Assembly (NCBI GenBank): GCA_950097015.1
Contig: CATNEN010000001.1
Span: forward strand, 21,824,001-21,888,000
Reading direction: 5' to 3'
DNA from: Macrostomum hystrix
Taxonomy: Eukaryota; Animalia; Platyhelminthes
DNA length: 64,000 bases
The notes beneath the pieces are model-generated. The model made no database searches and was not told the origin of the DNA. It worked only from the letters and a program-made list of their open reading frames with translations. A program made the translations under genes and the position numbers. Below, piece by piece: positions 15,078 to 27,900 of this stretch; positions within the stretch are counted from its first letter, which is position 1, and every line of letters begins with the position of its first letter.

Positions 15078-18000
15078 TCAATACAGCTGCAATCCGATGC
15101 AAGTAGAGCCGTTCATGTACTTCAACGGATCTGCCTCGGTGTCGCCATTGGTGGCGGCAGCCGCGGCCGCAGCGGCCATGGCTGGCAGGGTGGCGAAGCC
15201 TACCCGGCACAGGGGACACACGCGGGCGGCGCCGGCGCAGCTGAGCCAGCGCATCACGCAGTCCTCGCAGAACACGTGGGTGCAGCAGGCCAGACGGACT
15301 GGGCGCTCCATGGGCGCCTCCTGGCACAACGGACAGACGCCTTCAAGGCCCGTGGCATTCACCTGGCGGATAGGGGTTGAAATGACAAATTAGTCACAGA
15401 TGGAACACTCCTGATACTACCCCGCCGGAGAAGTGTTTAGATCGACTTTTAATTATAGTAATAATTGGAGGAGTACTCTCTGCAATTGAAAATTCCTTTG
15501 GTGACACTAGACCCGCAGCCAGCGAGGAGGCAATTCTGCCCATTTCGCTGACTCCTGAGCACACACGCACATGGATACTGTACACAGGCACACGCTCACA
15601 CAGGTGTGTACATCTGCCCTGACTTTCTCATCGTCAGGCAATTTACACTTTCACTGACTGTGCCTTGGAGGTTGGCCCTCAAGGGGCGCAAATTGCACGA
15701 CAAGCCCCCAAGCCTTCTCTCCGCGGCTGCGCCTCAAATGAATGTGGCCTCGCCAAGGAATCGAGCTCAGGGACGTTGGTGCGAGAGGCAAACGCGTTGA
15801 CCGCTCTGCCACTCACCCCACTGACTTCTTACTTAATATTGTCTTTAGCTGTTCCGACTGTACTGTCTGTAATTACAGATTCTTATTAGCATACTACATT
15901 TCTTACTACAATTACTACTCATTCGACTAAATTCAGTTTTCCCACTAGAGTTACTAACACCAGCTATAATTAGTTCTTTCAATAAATGTTTGCCTAAATC
16001 CATATTTCTAGCCAGATTAAGTTAAAAAAATTCAATTAGTGTTATTATCGATAGTTGCTACAGTACTCACAGTAGTCTGCTGCTGCTGCTGCTGTTGCTG
16101 CAGGCTGACGCGGCCTCCAATAACGCCGAGATCCCTAGAGAATAGAGCCAGCCGAAGCGGCGGCAGGCTGATGCTGACCACACGCCAGGCATGCCAGAGC
16201 TTACAGAGGCTGTACAGCACAGTTAGGATAGTGCAGTAGATTCTGTTGTCAGCGAAGCCATCCGTTAGCACAGCCATCCAGGGTAGGACTGGCGGCAGCA
16301 GTCTGTACAGGTGATACATTCTTTCTAGGGCTATGAAAATTCGGCAGCGAACGAGTCGCGATGCGCCCGGCCTTGTCGTCACCAGAATAACGGTCGCCTG
16401 AATGATTGGCGATGGAAATTTTTATATCGATAAATTTCGATAATGAAAATAAAAAAGGTAAATTTAAATCTTTGTTCAGGGGATAAAAGAAAAGTCTGCT
16501 TGGATAAATAACCTGCTGATTGAGGGATCAGAAAGAAGCGATGAAAATATTAGAAAGAAGGATCCGGAGCTGTAGAGATCGGAACCCCACTTTCAGATCC
16601 CTTTGATTCCAGATCCTCATTTTTGACCCCTTCAGCCCCAGATCCCCACTTTCCGGAGTTAAAGGGATCAGAAATTGGGGATCTGAAGCTGAAGGGATAA
16701 GAAAGTGGGGATCTGAAGCTGAAAGATAAGAAAGTGGGGATCTGAAGCTGAAAGATAAGAAAGTGGGGATCTGAAGCTGAAAGATAAGAAAGTGGGGATC
16801 TGAAGCTGAAAGATAAGAAAGTGGGGATCTGAAGCTGAAAGATAAGAAAGTGGGGATCTGAAGCTGAAAGATAAGAAAGTGGGGATCTGAAGCTGAAGGG
16901 ATAAGAAAGTGGGGATCTGAAGCTGAAGGGATAAGAAAGTGGGGATCTGGAGCTGTAGGGATCAGACAGTGGGGATCTGAAGCTGAAGGGATAATAAAGT
17001 GGGGATCTGGAGCTGTAGGGATCAGACAGTGGGGATCTGGGGCTGTAGGGATCAGACAGTGGGGATCTGGGGCTGTAGGGATCAGACAGTGGGGATCTGG
17101 GGCTGTAGGGATCAGACAGTGGGGATCTGGGGCTGAAGAGGTCGCAAATGAGGATTTGGAGCTGAAGGGATCTGAAGCTAAAGGGATAACAAAATGGGAA
17201 TCTTAAGCTGAAGGGAGCAGACAGTGGGGATCTGGGGCTGTAGGGATCAGACAGTGGGGATCTGGGGCTGAGGGGATAAGAAAGTGGGATCTGGAGCTGT
17301 AGGGATCAGACAGTGGGGATCTGGGGCTGTAGGGATCAGACAGTGGGGATCTGGGGCTGTAGGGATCAGACAGTGGGGATCTGGGGCTGTAGGGATCAGA
17401 CAGTGGGGATCTGGGGCTGTAGGGATCAGACAGTGGGGATCTGGGGCTGTAGGGATCAGACAGTGGGGATCTGGGGCTGTAGGGATCAGACAGTGGGGAT
17501 CTGGGGTTGAAGAGGTCGCAAATGAGGATTTGGAGCTGAAGGGATCTGAAGCTAAAGGGATAACAAAATGGGAATCTTAAGCTGAAGGGAGCAGAGAGTG
17601 GGGATCTGAAGCTGAATGGATAAGCAAATGAGGATCTGGAGCTGAAGGGATCAGAAATTCGGGAGGGGTGGAGGTACGAACGTGGCGTCTGGAGATACAG
17701 GTATTATATATTCATTTCGAATTAAGATATCAGCACAAAAGCAAAACACACACCTTGGTGCTTATAAGTCCCATCTTAAGAAGCAGATCTGTTGTCACCA
17801 ACACGAAGGCCAGGGTCCACAAGTCGAGAGGCCCACCGTTGGGCATCAGTGGCGGCAGGCAGCAGAGGCAACGCCACAGAGAAATGTTTCGGTAATAGTA
17901 CAGGACAGCCGCCACGCTGGCTGCCATGGCAACCGCTAGCCAAACGGCACCGATTCGTCTCTGATAAGTTCTAGCCTCGCGACGTAGGGCAGATGCCAGC

Positions 18001-18434
18001 CAGAGCAGGTGAGAATTGGCATAAAAATAGGCCACATAGAGACCGCAGAATATCAGCAGGCCGGAGCTGTGGGACTGCAGCAGCTTCAGCACAACCAGCA
18101 GCAAGCATGGAGCTAGCGGCAGCAGCTGATAGGCTATGCTCAATGGGGACACCTGCTGCTGAGTTGGCAGCTGGGGATTGCCACCAGACCCAGCCGAGTG
18201 TGAGTGACTGTGCGCGTGCTGCTGATGGGAGCAGCGGTGGCCGCTGCTGTCCCCGCGCATGCACGCCTCGCCATCGCTGTCTTCTAGATCGTCGTCAACG
18301 AAGCCCTGATTGGTTCGCTGCTGCTCGAATAGGAACTGGCTGGCTGACATCTGGTCAGAGGAGCCACCTGACTGATGCTGCCGCATGCCTTGGAGCTGAT
18401 TGGGAGGTCGACGGCGCTGTTGGTGCTGGGGCAT
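15078..18434 (-). CDS. RING finger and transmembrane domain protein (RNFT1/RNFT2-like E3 ligase), 3 exons: 18434-17754, 16397-16071, 15362-15078
   Basis: Several TM segments (for example LWTLAFVLVTTDLLLK), C3HC4 RING CPLCQE...C.HVFCEDCV..W......CPLCR, C-terminal NGST..LQLY typical of RNFT proteins. Phase-0 joins. Confidence 0.85.
15500..15820 (-). mobile_element. tRNA-derived SINE family A (in RNFT intron 2)
   Basis: Head GGGGTGAGTGGCAGAGCGG (A box) and GAGCTCGATTCC (B-box-like); multi-copy in the window. Confidence 0.85.
16660..17660. repeat. 30-bp minisatellite (GTGGGGATCTGGGGCTGTAGGGATCAGACA / GTGGGGATCTGAAGCTGAAAGATAAGAAA)n in RNFT intron 1
   Basis: Two unit variants in blocks. Confidence 0.9.
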
Positions 18435-20079
18435 GCCAAATTGTTTAGATTAGTGCAGACAAAGCTGTAAATATTGCATAGTGCATTCGCATTGCTTTGA
18501 TACAAGTAGTCCTTATTTATTTGCTGATTAGATGACATGGCAATGATAACACATTAAGGTTTGCTATTTGCTCATAGTACATAAATTAGACATATTGATT
18601 CAAATGCTTTACTTAGAACTAGCAGGTTTTAAAAAGTGTGTTGCCAGCATAGTCTTGTTTCATTTAATGCAATTCAACCCAATAGAAGCTAGCTACCTGT
18701 AGGCCTAAAACTAAAGCCTTTGTAAGTTTAGTACAACATTTTCAAGCTTCCATTTCCATTATTGTTAAAACGTACTGCAAAATAAATTGTAACAATTTGT
18801 ATAAGAAACCACATTAGCTAACTATATTAGTGTCAGCTGTAATGTTAGTTAGTGTTAGTTGGTTACTGTTAGTGTTAGACTTTATTTTTGAGGGCATCAT
18901 GGTGTTACTGTTACTCTCATAATTGAAAAAAAAACTATGAAAACTTCAGTTGCTTTCAGCTTTTTCTTGTGGAACATATATAACTCATATCATGTAAAGT
19001 AGGATCACAAATTATTAAGCAATTAGCAGACTATGTTCTATTAAAATTATTTTTGACTAATCAGAAGTCATTGATTGATTAGTTTGCAAAACAACAAATA
19101 AAGATATGTGCTTTCTTATTGTGTAAATTGTCAGAGAATTATGAGATATATTTATTTAACTATGTCTAGCATTACATTTAAAGACCACAAAGTGACCCCA
19201 AGAAGACCAAGATTTCCAAGCAGCAGTGTAAAATCTTGTCATTAGAATTTGCCTAAATAAGGTAGACATATAAAGCTAAAAATGATTTTCAGTTTTTTAG
19301 AAAATAAATTTTATTAAAGAACATTTATGTTACTAAAGAACAAATTATGCTTTTGTACACAATACTGTTTTAAAAAGTAAATTCTGTGCTTTTTGGACAA
19401 CATTTGGCTTTGACTTCATAAATAAATATTGTAAAATGATATTTAAATTGAAAATTTAAAATTGTGTCTCTGAATAAAGTACCGACAAATCAACATTGTA
19501 TTATAAAGTATAAACTAATGACGAATGTACTAAACTAACAGGTAACATTTCAATATCACTATTTTTACTCATTTTTAGAACAACTTATGCAGAACTCACT
19601 AATATATTCCTACTGCATTTTTGTGCTTCAACATCCAATTTCCAGACACACACATAAGTACCTTTGCCCTCATTAGATTTTTTACTTGCAGTTAGTCTTA
19701 AGTTTTGCGAACTATATGAAACCATATCTGACCTAAGATTTTAGAACTAAGAACTGTCCTGCCTGCACAGGAAAAAATAAAATAGACATAACAATAAAAG
19801 AAACTTTCTAACTATCGAAGCATAATCGAAATGGTTTATAAAACACTAATAAGATTATCGATACTCTTCATTCTATTGTTGATATATATTTTTTAAAGAT
19901 AAGCTTGATAGAACTATCAGAGTGCTTTCCAAGAAAACAGGTCTGTCAACTTGAACTTCTTTTTATTTAAAAATCTAAAATTACGCGTAAGAGTAATAAC
20001 ATATTAACAAATCGCGGTTAATAAAATACGTAAATAATGACAATATTGAAATTAACAACAAAAAGAGAGGTGGCGATTC

Positions 20080-20296
20080 GGCTAATCCTCTGACTCCAGA
20101 GCACACATGCGCACAGATAACGTACGCAGGCATACTCTTACACGGGGTGTGTGCAAGTACCACTAAATTTCTAATTGTCAGACAGGCCTTCTCTCCGCGG
20201 CTGCGCCCCAAATAAATGTGGCCTCGCCGTGGAATCAAACTTAGGGACCGTGGTGCGAGAAGCAAACGCGATAACCGCTCTGCCACCGACCCCCCG
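20080..20296 (-). mobile_element. SINE family A, internally deleted copy
   Basis: Shares head and GCCTTCTCTCCGCGGCTGCGCCCC segment. Confidence 0.75.
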
Positions 20297-21613
20297 GGCT
20301 TGGGTAGCCATGAGATCACATGAAGATTTAGATTGATTGATAATACTGATGATGACAATATTATTGTCGTCAGAGTAAAGTTACAGACTATTGTCAGTCT
20401 GTCTATGGATTAACCAATAAATATTACGCAAATTTAAAGTTCGCAAAAACAGAAACCTTAAATTAAAATGAAAGCAAAATGTTTTCAATGTAAAACAAAG
20501 AAAATCGAAAGATATAGTTGCTAATTATATAATTTTGACTATCTTCATACTAGTATGCAAAAAAAAAATAGTCAATTTCAAAGGTTTTTAATGCAGCAAA
20601 ATACTGAATTTACAGGGCTGCTAATTTCTAGATTTTTTTCGGAAACTGCTTACGAATACAGGTAACGGGAAATGCACACTGTTAGTAACGACTCGTAACC
20701 ATTATATTCGTTACCAGCCTGTGGTAACGGGAAAAAGTAACTGCAAAAAAGTAACGATCGTTACCAAATTGGTGACTAGTAACGAGTAACGCGTTTAACA
20801 CAGTAAAATGCTTGCATAGATATATTCAGGACCATGAATTAACACCAAATTATTCTCGGCGCAGTAGAAATAGCTTCGAATTGATTTAAAACAACACCAT
20901 GCTTAATTGGTTTTCTGCGCAGGCATTAGAATTTTTCGAGACGTCGAAGGCCAAAGCCAACTAGATTTGTTATAATTTGTTTTAAACAAATTCCTTAAAA
21001 AACCTGCCTTTAGTTGAGAGCTTGAAGCTGCAACCACTGATCACTATGACTGAGATAAACTTTCGCAAGCTGAATATGCAGTCTAATCTTGGGTTGGCGA
21101 GCTTGCACGTACCACACCGCAAGAATAGATATCAGTTCATCATGCGTGCAGGTGCATGTAATTATCATGCGTGCAATCAAAAGAGCGCGAAAAACACGAA
21201 TTGATCTGGTATGATACATATGCGCAAATTCAACCATTTATTTATTCAAACAACATTATTTTTCTAAAATAGCAGCAGTTAACATGGTCTGTGAATTATT
21301 CTCGCTCTTTAATTTTCTATCACCCTATAACCTACCCACAGGTGTCATCTAATGCACAGTTGGCCATGGTACTGCACAACTCAATTGATCAAGCGGCAAG
21401 CCAGCCAATCAAAGGCCCCGGAGTCAGAGATAGCAATGTACATTCAAGATCGACTACGAAACAGGCAGCTCGGATTGCTGCGTAAAAGTCCATAAAAATC
21501 ACAACGTTAACTCTTCATGGTTTCTAAATGACACGCCCACGATCATCAAAAGTCCGCCGACAAACGCTGTATCATCTGCCCCGCACTGTAACCCGAGTTA
21601 GTCCAATTAAAAA

Positions 21614-23267
21614 ATGGCAAGTTTCAATCAAAAACTAGACAGCATGAAGGAATCGTTGGCCTCTCTATTTAAAAGTCGTCGTTCTTCGAGCAAACCCGCG
21701 GCCAACTCTAGCCGAAGCAACATCAGCACCAGCAGCGGCAGCAACTTCAGCGGCGGCACCTCCCACACGGAGGCCGCAGCCGGTGCAGTCACGGCAGACA
21801 GTCCGACTGCCAACAGCATTTCAACTCCGCAGAATGTGCACCGAGTCCTGCACATCACCTTCGATGCCCGGCGTCAATCCTTTGACGGCATTCCGGATTA
21901 CTGGAAACAATACTTTGAACCCGTCGACGCGGCCTCGGGAAACACTGCGACGATATTGCGGGAAGAGGATGCAACCAACGAGGACTCCGGCGTCTCCATG
22001 GCAAACAATACCATCGCTGCATCGTCCGAATTGTCGCCATCGCCGAAGCAGCCACAGGAGCTACTAAGTCTGACATACGACAGATCCAGCGGCAAGTTTG
22101 TTGATCTGCCTCCTCACTGGCAGGAACGCCTACAGCGGAACAACCTTCTGGAGCCTGAGTTCCAGAAGAATCCCGAGCTGCTGGTTTCTGTCTTTGCCAT
22201 GATGGACGAGGAGCTCAAAGCCATGAGCGAGGAAGGCTTCTGCCTGGACAAGGGCTTGTACTCCAGTTCCCCCGATCCGGGACACGAGGACCCTTGCCGG
22301 TGAGAGAGCCCTCGATTCATCGCTGCATTCTAGCGAAGTTAACGCAAGGAGCATTTCATTAGCTACAAGGACTTCTAGACTTCTCGTTCTTGAAGAAGCT
22401 TCGTTCGAACGTCTAGTCTAGAAGTCCTTGAGTTAACGAACAGCAGACAGACGGAATAGAATTAGACCAGTTGGCCAGATGTATAGCCTGTGGCACAGCT
22501 GCAGATGTATCAAAGACGCATTCAGTTTGTGCATAATAATAAAAATAATAATTAATAGTTGCAGGAGGGCTGTGGGCAAAGGCAATTTATTTGGTGACAG
22601 GGGACCTGCAGGCTGCAACCAGCGAGGAGGCAATCCTGCCCATTTCGCTGACTCTTGAGCACACACACACACAGATACTATACGTAGGCATACGCTCTCA
22701 CAGGTGTGTACATCTGCCGTGACTTTCTCATCGTCAGGCAGTGTACACTTTTTATCATTCACTGTGCCTTAGAGGTTGGCCCTCAAGGACGAAAATTGCA
22801 AGACAAGCACCCAAGACTTCTCTACGCGGCTGCGCCCCAAATACGAGTAACTGTGACCTCGCCATGGATTCTAGCTCAGGTACCTTGGTGCGAGACGCAA
22901 ATGCGTTAGACCGCTCTGCCACTCTCCCCCAATGGATTTTGTACCAATTGACTATAAAAAATTACTTTCCATTTGTTAGATTTGAACTCCTGACCTTTCG
23001 GTCAGAATTTGAAGCTCTTAAACCACTGTGAATTGAGAGCTCTCATGCTGATCATATCCTCGCTCGCCCACTCGCAGCTACGTCTACTCGATCGAAGCGA
23101 ACCCGTCAAACTCGTCCAGCGAGCAAGACTTGCCACCAGCGCTCGAATCTTCTAACGGCAACATTGACGCCGGCTTCGAGCAGTTTGGCGTCGTGCAATG
23201 CAACCGCCGACCGTCGCTTGTCCGTATGCGTGCTGTTGCCTTACCAGGTACAAGACGGGACCACTGA
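21614..23267 (+). CDS. Protein with two PAK-type CRIB/PBD modules and no kinase domain; exon 21614-22299 plus probable exon 23078-23267 (unspliced form stops at 22303)
   Basis: ISTPQNVHRVLHITFD..SFDGIPDYW and LTYD..GKFVDLPPHWQERLQRNNL....QKNPELLVSV resemble the PAK CRIB and inhibitory switch. Donor CG|GTGAGA and acceptor CTCGCAG| give an open final exon of about 63 codons. Confidence 0.7.
22545..22930 (-). mobile_element. SINE family A, near full length with (TAT)n tail
   Basis: Head near 22930; plus-strand AATAATAAT tail near 22535-22556. Confidence 0.85.
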
Positions 23268-24359
23268 TATCCTGGATGATGAAGCCCGCCTGACCGCAGT
23301 AGAGTTTTGGATTTGTACATTGTACAAAGACACTGTTTTCGGTTTAAATTAGCGCCTAACAGGCCGAACGTTGACGAGTTAGTCTCGACAGAACAAAATT
23401 CGCAATATCAGCGCTCATCAGCTGTACTTTTAGGCCCTTTATTTGCTGTTCGTGAAGTTATTGCGTTGGTTAAAGGATTATATGAAAGCCTCGCGTTAAT
23501 GTTTACTTTAAGAGTCATTTAATATTAGATCTGTACTTTATTTTCTCCATACTAAGATTTCTTTGAAGTTGTAGAAAAGCAAATGCCCATCTCGCTGCTT
23601 TTTAAAAGTGGCATACATTTTTGCATGCATTTTCACAGTTGCAGTTACCTTGAGCAGGCGTGCCCATTGTGTGCCTTTTTAATTCGACGTCTTAAAAAGC
23701 GACGCCCGCAAGCAAACTGCGCTACTGTTAGTAGGACGTCACGGCAGTGAATGTGTCTGCGACTCTGTGTTAGTGTGTATTAATAAACATCAAATACACA
23801 CCACTTCTCCTGGTGCTTTGTTATTATTGGTTTTTTAAAATCAGTTTCTTTGTGAAATCGTCATCACTTTGCAATGATGCTGACTTTGCTCATACTGACT
23901 CGCAATCGAATAATTGTCTTCTAAGCTTCCCATTGGTTTAATTGTTTTTTTGACAACTCCTTTCTTTCGTTAATCCACCTCCCAAAATTGTTTTAGCATC
24001 TGGGAGCACAGACTCGTCCTGCGCTGCCCTTACGCAACTCGGAAAAATCACTCAGATTTCGTTTGTCTTCGGAATTTATAATAAAGAATGAGAGACTGAG
24101 AAACATTTGTTCCATGATCAGAATCTCAAAGCCTTATCTTAGACTTTTATTCATTTGGTGACGTCACTTACTTTCGTTTGAATGCCAATGTGATGAAAAA
24201 ATAAGAACAAAGCACATTAACTGAGACAAACAACATGAAATAAGCATAAGGGACTATAGCTAACAATACGGAATAAAGTACGTGGATAGTTACTTAGTTA
24301 CTAAGCATGCTATTTCAGTTGGCTATTTTATATTAACGACTATTTTGATGTTCATGATG

Positions 24360-24765
24360 TACACTAGCTGGTGGATAATCAAAGACTGATAAACACACCT
24401 GTAATCAGCTAGCTGGTGGATAATCAAAGACTGATAAACACACCTGTAATCAGCTAGCTGGTGGATAATCAAAGACTGATAAACACACCTGTAATCAGCT
24501 AGCTGGTGGATAATCAAAGACTGATAAACACACCTGTAATCAGCTAGCTGGTGGATAATCAAAGACTGATAAATACACCTGTAATCAGCTAGCTGGTGGA
24601 TAATCAAAGACTGATAAACACACCTGTAATCAGCTAGCTGGTGGATAATCAAAGACTGATAAACACACCTGTAATCAGCTAGCTGGTGGATAATCAAAGA
24701 CTGATAAATACACCTGTAATCAGCTAACTGGTGGATCATCAGACTGATAAACACACCTGTAGTCA
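24360..24765. repeat. 45-bp minisatellite (AGCTAGCTGGTGGATAATCAAAGACTGATAAACACACCTGTAATC)n
   Basis: About 9 units downstream of the synapsin stop. Confidence 0.95.
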
Positions 24766-24968
24766 GGAAAGCTAATCGATTATCTAGGCCAATCACCAAG
24801 CCTAATTAAAAATACCTGTCTATCTATCTATCTAAACTAAAAGTACGAAGGACATCAAAGAAGTCGCACAACATCTATTAATAGAACGAACGAGAAATAC
24901 ATTCAGTGATTGCTTGTCAGCCATGAAATCAACAGTCAATCAACACTCGGTCGCCTGCCCAGAGCGCA

Positions 24969-27900
24969 TCAAGTTGAGTCGCCGAACAGCCCGGCGAAGG
25001 TCCGTCTCAGGCTCTGCATCGTGTCTTCGCTGCCAACTCCTCCTGGTTTAGTCTTCGGCTCCGGTGACTGCTGAACAGCCGAGTTCCCGCCAGCCTTGGA
25101 CGCCGACAGGTTCGCAGACATTCGCGCCAGAGTCAGGTCCGCCACACAGCGCCTGATGCCATCGGCTTCTTGAGGACAGCAGACGGCCTCGCCCAGAACC
25201 AGCTGCAGGGATTCCGATCCGTGAGCCTGGCCAGGGTTAAGGTTCAAAGGGTGCAAAGGGTTCAAATAAAGTTTCCCAAGCTTTTAGCCCTGTGATGAGA
25301 GCTTTCGACTTAAGGCCGAGAGGTCCGGATTTCGAATCTCATGATTACACCTACACTAAGTAGGTTAAATATGCACAGCACAGCCGAGGCTATTGCCCGG
25401 CGCATCTGAAGGCTCAATGATCAGCTAGCTGAACTGAAGCAACGCAGACTAAAGTGTATTTCTAAAAAACTTTCAATTCTTTTCCGACGGAGTCATCAAT
25501 CGAACCCCCGACCTTCAAGTTGTGAGTCCGACACTCTAACCACTAGGCTACGACCCTACTTAAGCAGCTATAAAACGGGTACTACGAGTAGCATCAGCTG
25601 TGACGGGATCCCTCAACTCCACAGACTGAGCAGCTGTAGCTACGGTTGGGCGTCCTCTGAAATCTACTACCTGAGTAATATGTGATTCCGTCCTGAAGCT
25701 ACATGATTAGAATGTCTACTCACATCAACAATGCGAATCGAGCCATCGCCATGCTGCACTGCCTCCACTGAGCAGATGTCGAGTCCGCCAAATAGTTCGG
25801 ACACTGAGTCTAACCAAGCTCGAAATCTGTTCGTTAATTGTAGGTGTGAATTTATTATTTCTACTCAAAGCCTTAACCCGACCGAATCAGATCAATCAAG
25901 AAAGCAGCGTTTGTTTTTTTGTTAAGACGAGGACGAAATTAGAATCACACGTTTATGACGTCTGTACGCTCACATGCGTCAGTTTTTCATAACAAAATGA
26001 GCTTACCTGTCTGTCACAGGCAGTATCTCCAAGGTTTTGGTGTCCTGAAAGGCCTGCCTCTCACCGCGAGACCTGCCAATTGTTGGAGCTATTGCAATCG
26101 AATACATATTTACTTTTATGTACTTTTAAAATACATATTTTTTGCCTTGCACTTACGAAAAAGCAAAATAATGGCTGCCAATCTTCTGAATTAAAATGTC
26201 GAACGGCGTACTACTGCAGCAAGCGCCACCGCTACTACTTATTGTCGCCGAAGGTTCAGTAGTAATGCACGCATTTTCTGTTGCCGAAATCAAGGTGAGA
26301 AGCTCTGACAGCTGCTGTGCTGAGGACACGATTATCTGAGTAAAAATAATCAACAAATGAAAATTACCCATTGTCCATTTGTGCTCCGAGTTTACGCGTT
26401 GCTTTAACAAATATTTACCTGTCCTGAATTTCCTAGTTTCTTGCCAATTTTAAGCACTACTGGATAATCGATGTTTTGCTTGTTTAAAACCTGAAATATA
26501 AATTGTTAGAATGGATTAGCGATGCAACGATATCATAATAATAATAATAATAATAAAATATAATAATAATAATAATAATGATTGCAGCAGGGTGGTGGGC
26601 AATGGCACATCATTTGGTCACACTTGCACGCAGCAATTCTGCCCATTCCGCTGACTCCTGAGCACACGCGCACACAGATACCGCACGCTGGCACACGCTC
26701 ACACAGGTGTGTACATCTGCCCTGACTTTCTTATCGTCAGGCAGTGTACACTCTCACTGTGCCTTGGAGGTTGGCCCTCAAAGGCGTAAATTGCACGACA
26801 AGCCTCCAAGCCTTCTCTCCGCGGCTGCCCCCACGCAAATTAATATGACCTCGCCGCGGAATCGAGCTCAGGGACCATGGTGCGAGAGGCAAACACTCAG
26901 CCACTTAACCTCCGATAAATCGAACTGGTGGTAAAAAATCACTAGCAAACAATAATTTACCAGTTGCGCAACGCTGGAGTAGAAGGTCTGCTTAACTAGC
27001 GGAAATTTTTCGTCTCCGAGTCGCTTTTGAATTCGCGCCAAGTTGTTGTACTGCAGTTTTGTTATTGTGGTAAGTTTGATAACTTTATAGACGACTATTA
27101 ATAGTTTTTCAACAAACTAAAGGTAGTCCTCTAAATTGAAAAACACTTACAACCCAGCTGCGATCGATAAAGTTATAGAGCGCCTCCGATTGGTTGAGGC
27201 AGGGCACGCCAGACCGGTCAAGGCCAATCAGAATCGAGCGCGTGTCCTGAACGCTGCTGCGATTGGCCTGCTGCAGCACCAGAACGAAGTCGGGACTGAA
27301 TGGACTGTGGATACGGCGAATCAAAGGCAACTTTGGCTGTGGCTCAGGGCGTGTTTGTGGGTAAGTTTTGGATGCTGAGCAGTAAAATAGCTTAGAAAAT
27401 AAGCTTAGAAACAGGGGTCAGTGGCGGAGGTCTCGCGGACGAAATTGAAGTTACTAATCAGGTACACACGAGCACCCCCCTCCCCGCAAGCGAAATTGAA
27501 GTTCCTAACGCCAGCCTACTGTGCTTAACTGTGCTTACTACTTCGGTACTCCTACTGTTTAGATGTCATAAGAAGTTGTTAAATAATTACCCCCATGGGG
27601 TACTAGTGGAATTTGCATAGCCGCAGTTAAAAGTAATTACCAAGCAAAAAAGGAGTTTCAAAACTGGTCATTTTTTTCTGGTTTTCTCGAGGCCAATTTT
27701 TCGATCAATCTACCATGCAGCATATTTTATATGATTTTTATCAACTTTACTTGTCGTGTTTTAACTCAGACTACGAGCTAACACAGATCAGACTATCTGG
27801 TGTAAAATTAGTTAGCTGATTACCCTGTGACGTCATCCCCAAGTCGATCAGTCGAGATAGGATTTCCGCGCCGATCGATAAACACTTTCAAATCGACGAC

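Noticed and set aside
15510-15560. HDV-like ribozyme in SINE A (minus strand GCC-TCCTCGCT-GGC resembles the HDV P3/L3)
   Set aside because: I could not find a P1 partner followed by the GG of P1.1, or a J4/2; the segment pairs better in a simple hairpin.
15760-15820. tRNA gene
   Set aside because: tRNA-like A/B boxes form the head of a multi-copy SINE; no complete cloverleaf.
20660-20805. AGTAACG-rich MITE-like relic (similar tract at 13470-13625)
   Set aside because: Terminal inverted repeats too degraded to define.
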